This document shows, piece by piece, positions 45,047-53,750 of a stretch of 64,000 nucleotides of DNA. The stretch's first letter is position 1. Each line of letters starts with the position of its first letter. The stretch is from assembly GCA_900543825.1 (NCBI GenBank), contig UQSR01000003.1:825-64824 (forward strand), given 5' to 3'. The notes below the pieces were generated by a model. The model saw only the letters and a program-made list of their open reading frames with translations, did no database searches and was not told where the DNA came from. The stretch comes from an uncultured Mycoplasmatota bacterium (GTDB lineage Bacteria; Bacillota_I; Bacilli_A; RF39; UBA660). The translations under genes and the position numbers were made by a program.

Positions 45047-46855
45047 CTATCTTAATACGAAATACTCATCATACCATTTCAAGAAACTATAAACAGCCCA
45101 AATACGCCTATAATTATCCTTTACCCTATTCTTATGTTCATCCAATATTCTTAATAAATAATCATTATTAAATAACTCTTTAGCAATATCCGTATTAAAA
45201 GTATTCTTAATCTCATTATAAAAATCATCTTCTCTAATCCATTCCCTTATAGGTACAGGAAAACCAAGTTTTTTCTTCTTATAAGCATCATTAGGAATAA
45301 CCCTTTTAGCGGCACTTCTTAAAGCAACTTTAGTAGTACCATCAGATACCTTATATTTTCTAGGTAACATTGACGAAATCTTAAACACTTCCATATCCGT
45401 AAAAGGTACTCTAGATTCAATAGAATGAGCCATTGTCATCTTATCTACTATAGTCAAAATATTATTACTAAGCCAATATCTAATATCAACAGCAAGCATC
45501 TTATCAAGCTTATTATAATCCTTATACTCTTCATATATATCTTTAGTTATATCCCTATTCTTAATATAATTATCACTATTCAATACATCTTTAAGTTCAT
45601 CATCATAATACGTTCTATTAATACTAACATAAGAATCCTCTAAAGACTTACCTCTTCTTATAATATATCTTGTAAACTTATTCTTAGGCAATACCTTACA
45701 TACACCAGCAAAAGATTTCCTTAACCATAGAGGTAACTTGGTATAAAAATTATCATCATAACTATTATACCCTCCAAAAAACTCATCAGCACCTTCTCCA
45801 GATAAAACAACCTTAACATCACGACTAGCTAATCTAGATAAAAAATAAACAGCAATAGCACAACCATCCGCAGTAGGTTCGTCCATATGATAATATACAT
45901 CTGGAATAGCTTTCATATATTCCTCTTTAGATATCTTTTCACTAATATTCTTTATCTTTAACTTATCAGTCAAATCCTTAGCATAATCAATCTCACTATA
46001 TTTAGCCAAATCAAAACCAATAGTATAAGTTTTATCAGGTCTAGCTAAACTAACCAAATAAGAAGAATCAACACCACTAGAAAGAAATGAACCAACCTCA
46101 ACATCACTAATCAAATGATGTTTAGTAGAATCTTCCATAACATTAGATATCTTATCTACCATCTCATCAAAACTATCTTTAGAAGAAGAAAAAGAAACCT
46201 TAAAATACCTATTAATCTTAATATCACCATTCTTAACATTAATAGTCATATAATTACCCCCGGGTAATCTATAAACATTCCTAAAAAACGTCTCATCCGT
46301 AGGAGTAAAACTAAAAGTCAAATAAGGTCCCAATAATTCCTTATTAAGTTCCTTTATAAATTTAGGATGAGCTAAAAAACTCTTAATCTCAGATCCAAAT
46401 AAAATAACATCATTATTCTTATAATAATATAAAGGCTTAATACCAAATTGATCTCTAGCTATAAAAACCTCATCTTTATTCTTATCATAAATAGCAAAAG
46501 CAAACATTCCTCTAAGCTTATTAAGTAACTCATGACCCCATTTTTCATAACCATGAAGTATTACCTCAGTATCAGTATTAGTGGTAAATTTATATTCCTT
46601 CAACTCTTCTTTTAATTCCTTATAATTATATACTTCACCATTATATACAATCAAAACACTCTTATCTTCATTATATATAGGTTGATCTCCACCCTTTATA
46701 TCAATTATAGATAATCTTCTTTGTCCCAAAGCCACATAATCATCTACATAAATACCTTCAGCATCCGGACCACGATGTATAATTCTATTATTCATTTCTT
46801 TAATTAATTTATCTTTATTTTTTTCTTTACTTATAATTCCATTAATTCCACACAT
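45047..46855 (-). CDS. asnB: Asparagine synthase (glutamine-hydrolysing), AsnB family
   Basis: The true start is MCGINGII (ATG at 46855, following AGAGAGGT), giving the N-terminal nucleophile Cys2. The synthetase-domain PP-motif is SGVDSS. Confidence 0.9.
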   Translation of the reverse strand: MCGINGIISKEKNKDKLIKEMNNRIIHRGPDAEGIYVDDYVALGQRRLSIIDIKGGDQPIYNEDKSVLIVYNGEVYNYKELKEELKEYKFTTNTDTEVILHGYEKWGHELLNKLRGMFAFAIYDKNKDEVFIARDQFGIKPLYYYKNNDVILFGSEIKSFLAHPKFIKELNKELLGPYLTFSFTPTDETFFRNVYRLPGGNYMTINVKNGDIKINRYFKVSFSSSKDSFDEMVDKISNVMEDSTKHHLISDVEVGSFLSSGVDSSYLVSLARPDKTYTIGFDLAKYSEIDYAKDLTDKLKIKNISEKISKEEYMKAIPDVYYHMDEPTADGCAIAVYFLSRLASRDVKVVLSGEGADEFFGGYNSYDDNFYTKLPLWLRKSFAGVCKVLPKNKFTRYIIRRGKSLEDSYVSINRTYYDDELKDVLNSDNYIKNRDITKDIYEEYKDYNKLDKMLAVDIRYWLSNNILTIVDKMTMAHSIESRVPFTDMEVFKISSMLPRKYKVSDGTTKVALRSAAKRVIPNDAYKKKKLGFPVPIREWIREDDFYNEIKNTFNTDIAKELFNNDYLLRILDEHKNRVKDNYRRIWAVYSFLKWYDEYFVLR

Positions 46856-46929
46856 ATTAATACCTCTCTTACATATTAGTATACCACAAAAGAAAAAAAG
46901 TAAAAACTCTTTTACCATTTCTTTACTTA

Positions 46930-47739
46930 TTATTTACAAAATCTATCTTTATATGAACAATGTTTACATATATCTAAATAGACCTTATTACTATTAAAAC
47001 CTTTAATAGTATTTAAATATTTATCACTACCAAGAATATCTTCCATGTTATCAGTAAAAATATTACCAAGATTACTCTCACCTTCAGCATCCAAACAACA
47101 AACACAAACAGTCCCTGAAACAAGAATAGCAATCTGTTTTTTACCACCAAGACAAGTACCATTTTCATTATAATACTCATTATAAGTGCTAGGCCAATCA
47201 AACTTACTATCCAAACTCAAATATACATTATCCTCAAGTTTCATCTTATCATATAATTCAAGAACATTATATTTATTTCTAATCATATCTAAATATTTAT
47301 TATTTAAAGTATCCATACTTTTATCCAATGTCCAAAATCTATAACTAACATAACAAGATAACCTATCAACACTATAAAAAATATCATCTATATAATTACT
47401 CTTATTATTCTCACTATGAAGAGATATATTAATCTGATAAATATTATCATACTTATTAAGTACATCTAGTTTATCTCTAATAAACACCCCATTAGTAGTA
47501 ATACATACTCTTTTCTTATATTTATTACAAATACCAAGAATATCATCCAAATAATGATGTGTAAGAGGTTCTCCCTTAACATGAAGATATACATAATCAG
47601 TATAATCACATATCTTTTTCATAACAACCTCAAATTCATCAGGAGTCATTTCTCTTTTTTCATTTTTTGTAAGACTACAAAAAGAACAACTCAAATTACA
47701 AACATTAGTTATTTCTACATATATTCTTTTAAACTTCAT
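46930..47739 (-). CDS. Radical SAM protein with a C-terminal SPASM/twitch-like Cys cluster
   Basis: It has ITNVCNLSCSFC (CxxxCxxC) at the N-terminus and, at the C-terminus, CLGG...VCVCCLD...CKHCSYKDRFC. Confidence 0.75.
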   Translation of the reverse strand: MKFKRIYVEITNVCNLSCSFCSLTKNEKREMTPDEFEVVMKKICDYTDYVYLHVKGEPLTHHYLDDILGICNKYKKRVCITTNGVFIRDKLDVLNKYDNIYQINISLHSENNKSNYIDDIFYSVDRLSCYVSYRFWTLDKSMDTLNNKYLDMIRNKYNVLELYDKMKLEDNVYLSLDSKFDWPSTYNEYYNENGTCLGGKKQIAILVSGTVCVCCLDAEGESNLGNIFTDNMEDILGSDKYLNTIKGFNSNKVYLDICKHCSYKDRFCK

Positions 47740-47787
47740 ATCATATCATCCTTTAATTCAACACCCAAAATATTTATTTTAAGACTA

Positions 47788-47822
47788 TCACAATAGACTT
47801 AAAATAACACTCTAAGACCTAG
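47788..47822 (-). terminator. Terminator overlapping the end of nth
   Basis: The 9-bp stem cactctaag (47798-806) with cttagagtg (47814-22) is followed by TTATTTTAA on the minus strand. Confidence 0.5.
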
Positions 47823-48450
47823 GCTTAGAGTGCATAGAATAATATTTACACATATCCTTCAATTTACAATCATCACATATCGGATTAATAGCCTTACACT
47901 TATATCTACCAAAAAACACCAACTGATGATGCACCCTATTCCATTTATCCTCAGGAATTCTCTTCATAAGCTTCTTTTCCACAACAATTACATCATCACT
48001 TTCATTAGCTAGTCCAAGTCTTTTACTAACCCTATTAACATGCGTATCCACCGCTATGGTAGGTTCATTATATATAACAGATAAAAAAACATTCACCGTC
48101 TTTCTACCCACACCAGGAAGAGTTTCTAAATACCCCCTATTATTAGGAATAGGCATCATATTATCATTTATCAATCTATTAGCAATTTCCTTAATAAATA
48201 CACTTTTCTTTTTATAAGTACCAATAGGCTTAATTATCCTCTCAATATCCTTAATATCAGCATTAGCAATATCATAAATAGACTTGTATCTATTAAATAA
48301 TACCCTATTTACCTCATTTACCCTCTTATCAGTAGTTTGAGCACTCATTACTATTGCCATCAATAATTCATAATCTTTTGTATATTCAAGTTCACATCTA
48401 GGATTAGGAAACAATTCATCTAAATAATCAATAATCATATTAATCATCAT
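47812..48450 (-). CDS. nth: Endonuclease III
   Basis: It has the HhH-GPD motif LPGVGRKTVNV and the 4Fe-4S cluster motif CKAINPICDDCKLKDMC. Confidence 0.9.
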   Translation of the reverse strand: MMINMIIDYLDELFPNPRCELEYTKDYELLMAIVMSAQTTDKRVNEVNRVLFNRYKSIYDIANADIKDIERIIKPIGTYKKKSVFIKEIANRLINDNMMPIPNNRGYLETLPGVGRKTVNVFLSVIYNEPTIAVDTHVNRVSKRLGLANESDDVIVVEKKLMKRIPEDKWNRVHHQLVFFGRYKCKAINPICDDCKLKDMCKYYSMHSKPRS

Positions 48451-49093
48451 TTAACCAGTCATAGAAGAAAACATCCTTAGTTTCCTCTTTTCTACTTTCC
48501 CTAGCCTTATTTTTAGCTTCCATAACATCATTTTTACTCTTATAACCCTTCTTACGCCAATTATATAAAATAGTTTCAATATAGCGAAGACTAGTAACCC
48601 CATTATAAATAGCTTCCTTCAAAGCTTCCATAATTAACTCATGAGAAAAATTATCATCAATCCATCCCTTAATAATCTGACATTCCATCGAAGATATAGG
48701 TCTACCAAACTCATTTTCAAAAGTACTAAAAATATCACTATTATCTAATGTCTTTTCCTTTTTATTATCAATAATCAAACCAACAATCTTCTTATACAAC
48801 AAATCAAGTGATATATACTCTTCACTCTTTCCATCACTATTCTTCTCTAAAGTAATAGATATTATCTTCTTTTCATCCAAACTACTAAGAATTTCCATAA
48901 CCTTAAACTTATCCATTCCCAAATTAATAGCTATTTCTTCCGGATTATATACAATCCTATCCCCTTTATCAATAATAAATATAAGTACTATTAATTCCTC
49001 AGCAGTAATACCCAATCTCAAATAATAATTAAACAAATATCTAGGTACAATTATCGGTCTATCTTTTAATAATTTCTCAATATTATCCATCAT
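48440..49093 (-). CDS. dnaD: DnaD-domain replication initiation / primosome protein
   Basis: It has an N-terminal wHTH-like region and the C-terminal DnaD/DnaB_2 motif FENEFGRPIS...YIETILYNWRKKG. dnaD-nth synteny matches Bacillus. Confidence 0.75.
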   Translation of the reverse strand: MMDNIEKLLKDRPIIVPRYLFNYYLRLGITAEELIVLIFIIDKGDRIVYNPEEIAINLGMDKFKVMEILSSLDEKKIISITLEKNSDGKSEEYISLDLLYKKIVGLIIDNKKEKTLDNSDIFSTFENEFGRPISSMECQIIKGWIDDNFSHELIMEALKEAIYNGVTSLRYIETILYNWRKKGYKSKNDVMEAKNKARESRKEETKDVFFYDWLNDD

Positions 49094-49484
49094 TACCTCC
49101 TAATAACACTTGATAAGCTAATTCATTATTATCTATATTATAAAAATTATAAGTCAAATTATCACCATCTCTTATTTTTTCTTCATAATATAAATTATTT
49201 CTTCTATACACCAAATCCAAATCATTATCCTTTAACTTACTCTTATCTATACTATATACCTCTTCATAATTCAAATCAAGTACAATTACCTTATCACGAT
49301 CTTTAACAACATAATAATTATTATCTTTATTCAAATATTCAATATCCTTAATATCAGTATTCTTATATATATCACTAATCAATCTCTTCTGATAATTATC
49401 ATTCTTAATAGAAGGATAAATATATATACCAAGTATTAATACAATAAATACCATAAGTAATATAAATACACTTTTCTTAGACAT
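49083..49484 (-). CDS. Hypothetical membrane-anchored protein
   Basis: 133 aa with one N-terminal TM segment. It overlaps the dnaD start by 11 nt. I recognise no family. Confidence 0.4.
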   Translation of the reverse strand: MSKKSVFILLMVFIVLILGIYIYPSIKNDNYQKRLISDIYKNTDIKDIEYLNKDNNYYVVKDRDKVIVLDLNYEEVYSIDKSKLKDNDLDLVYRRNNLYYEEKIRDGDNLTYNFYNIDNNELAYQVLLGGNDG

Positions 49485-49513
49485 ATATTTATCACATCCT
49501 TTAGCCTATTATA

Positions 49514-50110
49514 CTATGATTTTCCCTTTTTGTGAATAGTTTTTCCTCTTATTTTATCCGTTGTTATAATAAAATTATTATCCCTTATAGTCATAGTCAA
49601 ATAAGAAGATTTATCTATCGTATAAGAATCAACCCATATTAAAGATAAATGATACATAAACCTATAATTAAACCTAGTATAACTATCATAAAAAAGTATA
49701 TACATATCATTACTTAAAGTAATATAAAAATCATCATCAATATTATATAAATATAAAAAATCACAATTACCATAATTATCCCTATCAAGTTCTTTAATAT
49801 ATATACAAAAATTATAATTATCAATATTTATTTCTATCTTATCATTCCTCTTAATAACCAAGTCATTTATAACAATACCACTATCAATATCATTCAAATC
49901 AATATAATAATCACTATATATATCACTATCAAAATAATCAAAATATAATAAATAATATATATCATTCCTATTAATAAGAAAACAAGTAGTATCATCTCTA
50001 ATAAATCTAATAGAATTATCTGGTAAATAATTATAATCCTCTTCTTTCCTATAATAACTACTACAACCAGTCAGTAACAATATCATAAATACCAAATATA
50101 TTTTTTTCAT
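49514..50110 (-). CDS. Hypothetical lipoprotein (Tyr/Asp/Asn-rich)
   Basis: It has the lipobox LLLTGCSS. 198 aa. I recognise no family. Confidence 0.45.
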   Translation of the reverse strand: MKKIYLVFMILLLTGCSSYYRKEEDYNYLPDNSIRFIRDDTTCFLINRNDIYYLLYFDYFDSDIYSDYYIDLNDIDSGIVINDLVIKRNDKIEINIDNYNFCIYIKELDRDNYGNCDFLYLYNIDDDFYITLSNDMYILFYDSYTRFNYRFMYHLSLIWVDSYTIDKSSYLTMTIRDNNFIITTDKIRGKTIHKKGKS

Positions 50111-50150
50111 AGTAATTATTATGTATAAATTAAAAAAAAATACTAGATAA

Positions 50151-51242
50151 TTACTTATAATTATCTAGTATATACTTCTTAATATCATCATAATTATTAT
50201 CTAATTCATTATCCAATATTTTTCTTTCAACATCAGTAAGTATCTCTTTAATATATTTACCAGGTTCCCTATTCAATATATCAGATATATCATTTCCCCT
50301 AATTAAAATATCCTTAGAAGTATGAATAGGTAATTCCTGATATATAGTATTAATCTTTCTTTTAGATATACCACGTATTTCTCCATATACCGTACAAAGA
50401 TAAGGACCATATTTATATAACAAATAATTATCAAGCTTATCATACTTTAACAATTCCCTTAATTCCTTCATCTGATTCTTTTCCAATTTAGTAAATGGAT
50501 AAATATCATCTACCTCTAATTGACACCAAATACCAATCAAATCATTACATATCTTAATATTAGGTAATTTATTAATATCCAAAGCATTAGTTAAACTTAA
50601 ATCAATCAATAACTTAATACCCTTTTCCTTATTCTGTGATAAAAATATACAATCAAGTTCCTCTTTTTTCCTATTCATCGATAAACTTTTCAAAAGATAA
50701 CTATATTTAGATAAAAAATGTTTAGTCTTAGGTTCAATATCAAAATCAAGTATTGTAGCAAATCTTATACATCTAAGTATTCTAAGAGAATCCTCTTTAA
50801 TACGATATCTAGGATTTCCAACTGTCCTAAGTATATGATTATTCAAATCATTCTTAACATTTAAAATATCAAGTATCTTACCATCACTATTCATACATAA
50901 AGTATTTACCGTAAAATCCCTTCTCAATAAATCCTTCTTTATATTCTTAATATATTTAATATTAACTGGAATCCTATTATTTTCATACTTAATTTCTTTT
51001 CTAAAAGTAGTTATATCATATTTATATCCCTTATATGATACCACTACACTACCATATTCAATATCAGATATACTTACATTTTCAAATAAATTTAATATAT
51101 CCTTAGGAGTAGCAGATGTACATATATCAATATCATTAGTCTTTCTATTTAAAAGAGTATCACGTACATAACCACCAACTATATAAGCATCATATCCATT
51201 ATCCTCAAATTTCTTTAATATTTCAAGTGCCTTCTCTTTCAT
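50151..51242 (-). CDS. cca: CCA-adding tRNA nucleotidyltransferase (poly(A) polymerase head-domain family)
   Basis: It has GGYVRDTLLNRKTNDIDI and RRDFTVN. 363 aa. Confidence 0.8.
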   Translation of the reverse strand: MKEKALEILKKFEDNGYDAYIVGGYVRDTLLNRKTNDIDICTSATPKDILNLFENVSISDIEYGSVVVSYKGYKYDITTFRKEIKYENNRIPVNIKYIKNIKKDLLRRDFTVNTLCMNSDGKILDILNVKNDLNNHILRTVGNPRYRIKEDSLRILRCIRFATILDFDIEPKTKHFLSKYSYLLKSLSMNRKKEELDCIFLSQNKEKGIKLLIDLSLTNALDINKLPNIKICNDLIGIWCQLEVDDIYPFTKLEKNQMKELRELLKYDKLDNYLLYKYGPYLCTVYGEIRGISKRKINTIYQELPIHTSKDILIRGNDISDILNREPGKYIKEILTDVERKILDNELDNNYDDIKKYILDNYK

Positions 51243-51273
51243 AGTACCTCCATTAATATTATAGCAAATGAGT

Positions 51274-51306
51274 AAAAAAAATGCAAAGTATCTCCTAATA
51301 CTTTAC
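51274..51306 (-). terminator. Rho-independent terminator of thrS
   Basis: The stem aaagtat (51285-91) with atacttt (51298-304) is followed by GCATTTTTTTT on the minus strand. Confidence 0.6.
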
Positions 51307-51319
51307 ATTTAATTTAATT

Positions 51320-53065
51320 CTATTTCTTATCCTCTATTTGTTTTTCTAACATAGATTTAAACTCTTCTAATGTTACAGTAGTACTATCATCACTACCAAA
51401 TTTACGATAAGTAATAGTATTATTATCCCTTTCATTATTACCAAGTACTAAAGTATAAGGTATCTTCTTAGTTTGTGATTCTCTTATCTTATATCCCATC
51501 TTTTCATCTCTAGAATCCAATTCAACCCTAAATTCATCACTTCTAAGTTCATCAAGAACATTATTAGCATACTCTAAATGATATTCATTATTAACAGGAA
51601 TAATATTTATTTGTACTGGACTAAGCCATAATGGAAAAGCACCTGCATAATGTTCAATTAAAATACCGATAAATCTTTCTATTGATCCATAAATAACCCT
51701 ATGAAGCATAACAGGTCTCTTTTTAGAACCATCTTTATCAATATAAACCAAATCAAATCTTTCAGGTAAATTCATATCAAGCTGAATAGTACCACATTGC
51801 CATACTCTTCCCAAAGAATCTTTAATATGAAAGTCTAGCTTAGGTCCATAGAAAGCCCCATCACCAGGATTAATCTTACATTCATGACCTGCCTTATTAC
51901 AAGCATCCTGCAATGCTTTTTCTGATTTATTCCAAATTTCCAAATCACCAATATATTTTTCTTCAGGTCTTGTTGATAATTCAATATCATAAGTTAATCC
52001 AAATATTTTATACATTCTGTCAATAAAATTAATTAATCTTATAACCTCTTCTTCTATTTGATCAGGTCTCATAAAAATATGAGCATCATCTTGAGTAAAT
52101 GTTCTTACTCTAAATAAACCATTTAAAGCACCAGAAGCTTCATGTCTATGTACTTGTCCTAATTCTCCTATTCTAAGAGGTAAATCCTTATATGAGTGCA
52201 AAGAATTTTTATATACTAACATTCCGCCAGGACAATTCATAGGTTTAATAGCAAACACCTTATCATCTATCTCACTAGTATACATATTTTCTCTATAATT
52301 ATACCAATGACCTGATAACTCCCATAATTCTTTATTTAACATAATAGGAGTCTTAACAAATTGATATCCTTCTTTAGTATGTTCTCTATACCAAAAATTT
52401 TCAAGTTCATTTCTTAGTATCATTCCTTTAGGCAAGAAGAAAGGAAATCCAGGTCCATATTCACTTATCATAAATAATTCCAATTCTTTACCCAATTTCT
52501 TATGATCTCTTTTTTTCGCTTCCTCAAGAAAATCTAAATGTTCTTTTAGTTCTTCTTCACTTCTAAAACATACTCCATATATTCTCTGAAGCATCTTATT
52601 ATTAGAATCACCCTTCCAATAAGCACCACTTACCTTAAGTAACTTAAAATATTTTAGTTCCTTTACAGTATCAACATGAGGTCCTCTACAAAGATCAGTA
52701 AAATCACCTTGTGTATAACAAGATATTACCGTTTCATTCTCATCCATTCTACTAATTAAGTCTATTTTATATGGATCATCACGGAACATTTCTAAAGCCT
52801 CATCTTTAGATATTTCATGTCTTACAATCCTTTTACCATCCTTAGCAATCTTCTTCATTTCCTTTTCAATTTTAGGCAAATCATCTTCTTTAATAACATC
52901 TTCTCCTAAGTCAATATCATAATAGAAGCCATCCTCTATTACAGGACCTACCCAAAACTTAGCATTAGGATATAAATGCTTTACAGCTTGTGCAAGTAAA
53001 TGTGCACAAGAATGATTTAATTTACTTAAATCTTCATTTTCTTTAATATTTACCATATTTACCAT
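51320..53065 (-). CDS. thrS: Threonine--tRNA ligase lacking the N-terminal TGS domain
   Basis: It has the editing motif HSCAHLLAQAV, the class II core FRVRTFTQDDAHIF and a C-terminal anticodon-binding domain. The start is either of two ATGs in ATGGTAAATATGGTAAAT; 53056 has better RBS spacing. Confidence 0.92.
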   Translation of the reverse strand: MVNMVNIKENEDLSKLNHSCAHLLAQAVKHLYPNAKFWVGPVIEDGFYYDIDLGEDVIKEDDLPKIEKEMKKIAKDGKRIVRHEISKDEALEMFRDDPYKIDLISRMDENETVISCYTQGDFTDLCRGPHVDTVKELKYFKLLKVSGAYWKGDSNNKMLQRIYGVCFRSEEELKEHLDFLEEAKKRDHKKLGKELELFMISEYGPGFPFFLPKGMILRNELENFWYREHTKEGYQFVKTPIMLNKELWELSGHWYNYRENMYTSEIDDKVFAIKPMNCPGGMLVYKNSLHSYKDLPLRIGELGQVHRHEASGALNGLFRVRTFTQDDAHIFMRPDQIEEEVIRLINFIDRMYKIFGLTYDIELSTRPEEKYIGDLEIWNKSEKALQDACNKAGHECKINPGDGAFYGPKLDFHIKDSLGRVWQCGTIQLDMNLPERFDLVYIDKDGSKKRPVMLHRVIYGSIERFIGILIEHYAGAFPLWLSPVQINIIPVNNEYHLEYANNVLDELRSDEFRVELDSRDEKMGYKIRESQTKKIPYTLVLGNNERDNNTITYRKFGSDDSTTVTLEEFKSMLEKQIEDKK

Positions 53066-53360
53066 TCCTTTCCTTTGATTTCCTTTTCTTATTCATCTTT
53101 CTAATCTTAGTTTCTTTCTTAATTTCTCTTCTATATCCAAAACCATCATTATCATAATAATGATCATTATTAACATAAATATTATACTTCATTCTAATAT
53201 ATCCATCTAATATTCTAATAGAATCAGAATTAGCACCGAACCATCTTAATTCCTCTCTTAATTCTAATAATTCACTCAAATTCAAATTTAAAACACTTAA
53301 ATACCATAAATAATCTCTATTACCCTGTACCTCTACTGGTACATATCCTTTAATATTCAT
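53043..53360 (-). CDS. Hypothetical 105-aa protein, first cistron of the T-box-controlled thrS transcript
   Basis: The AGGAGG RBS lies 6 nt before the ATG, immediately after the T-box terminator. The C-terminal tail is Lys/Arg-rich. The ORF overlaps the thrS start by 23 nt. I recognise no family. Confidence 0.5.
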   Translation of the reverse strand: MNIKGYVPVEVQGNRDYLWYLSVLNLNLSELLELREELRWFGANSDSIRILDGYIRMKYNIYVNNDHYYDNDGFGYRREIKKETKIRKMNKKRKSKERNGKYGKY

Positions 53361-53377
53361 ACTAACCTCCTATAAAT

Positions 53378-53577
53378 AAAAAAAGACCACTTAAAGGAGA
53401 GAATACATCTCGGTACCATCCTTATTTGGTCTTAATTATGATAACGGTTTTACCCGGTAATCTCTTTCGAGTACACTCAAAGGTAGTAATTATATATCTC
53501 TATTATTAGTTTACACCAACCACTAACTCTCTATAAATAAAATATATATAATCTTGTCCTTCTCATTGCTTTGAATA
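53378..53577 (-). promoter_or_regulatory. T-box riboswitch leader, threonine specifier (ACU/ACC)
   Basis: The minus strand carries AGAGAG (AG bulge), a GGUUGGUGUAA distal loop and AUUACUACCU (specifier). The T-box motif AAUAAGGAUGGUACCGAG is the rc of 53409-53426. The terminator is AAGACCA...TGGTCTTTTTTT. Confidence 0.8.
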
Positions 53578-53584
53578 TGAATAT

Positions 53585-53613
53585 ATTATATGACTATTTC
53601 TTTTTTTTGTCAA
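53585..53613 (-). promoter_or_regulatory. Consensus sigma-A promoter of the T-box/thrS unit
   Basis: The minus strand reads TTGACA (53608-13), exactly 17 nt, then TATAAT (53585-90). The T-box Stem I begins about 10 nt downstream. Confidence 0.7.
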
Positions 53614-53721
53614 TAACTATCTGTTAATAATATCAATATTTTATGATTAATTTATGATAATATCTCAAACATAATATATATTACTTGAAGTAACTTATAA
53701 GAAAGATTGAATTAAGAACAA

Positions 53722-53750
53722 AAGAAAAAAAGAACAAAGTATATTGTTCT
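53722..53750 (-). terminator. Rho-independent terminator of glyQS
   Basis: The stem agaacaa (53731-37) with ttgttct (53744-50) is followed by a run of 7 T on the minus strand, immediately after the stop codon. Confidence 0.7.

Noticed and set aside
45047-46855. AsnB homologue next to a radical SAM/SPASM gene, considered as a lasso-peptide cyclase or RiPP cluster
   Set aside because: The protein keeps the Met-Cys N-terminal glutaminase nucleophile (MCGINGII) and the full AsnB architecture, as a genuine amidotransferase does. No precursor peptide, B-protein/protease or exporter is nearby.
46930-47739. Radical SAM/SPASM enzyme considered as an anaerobic sulfatase-maturating enzyme for the three 'sulfatase-fold' proteins in the window
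   Set aside because: The sulfatase-fold proteins are LtaS/AP-superfamily types with Thr-nucleophile contexts (TANTEF, GTSWT, PYTEAAL). They lack the C/S-x-P-x-R formylglycine motif, so no maturase is needed. The 269-aa enzyme is also much shorter than anSMEs.
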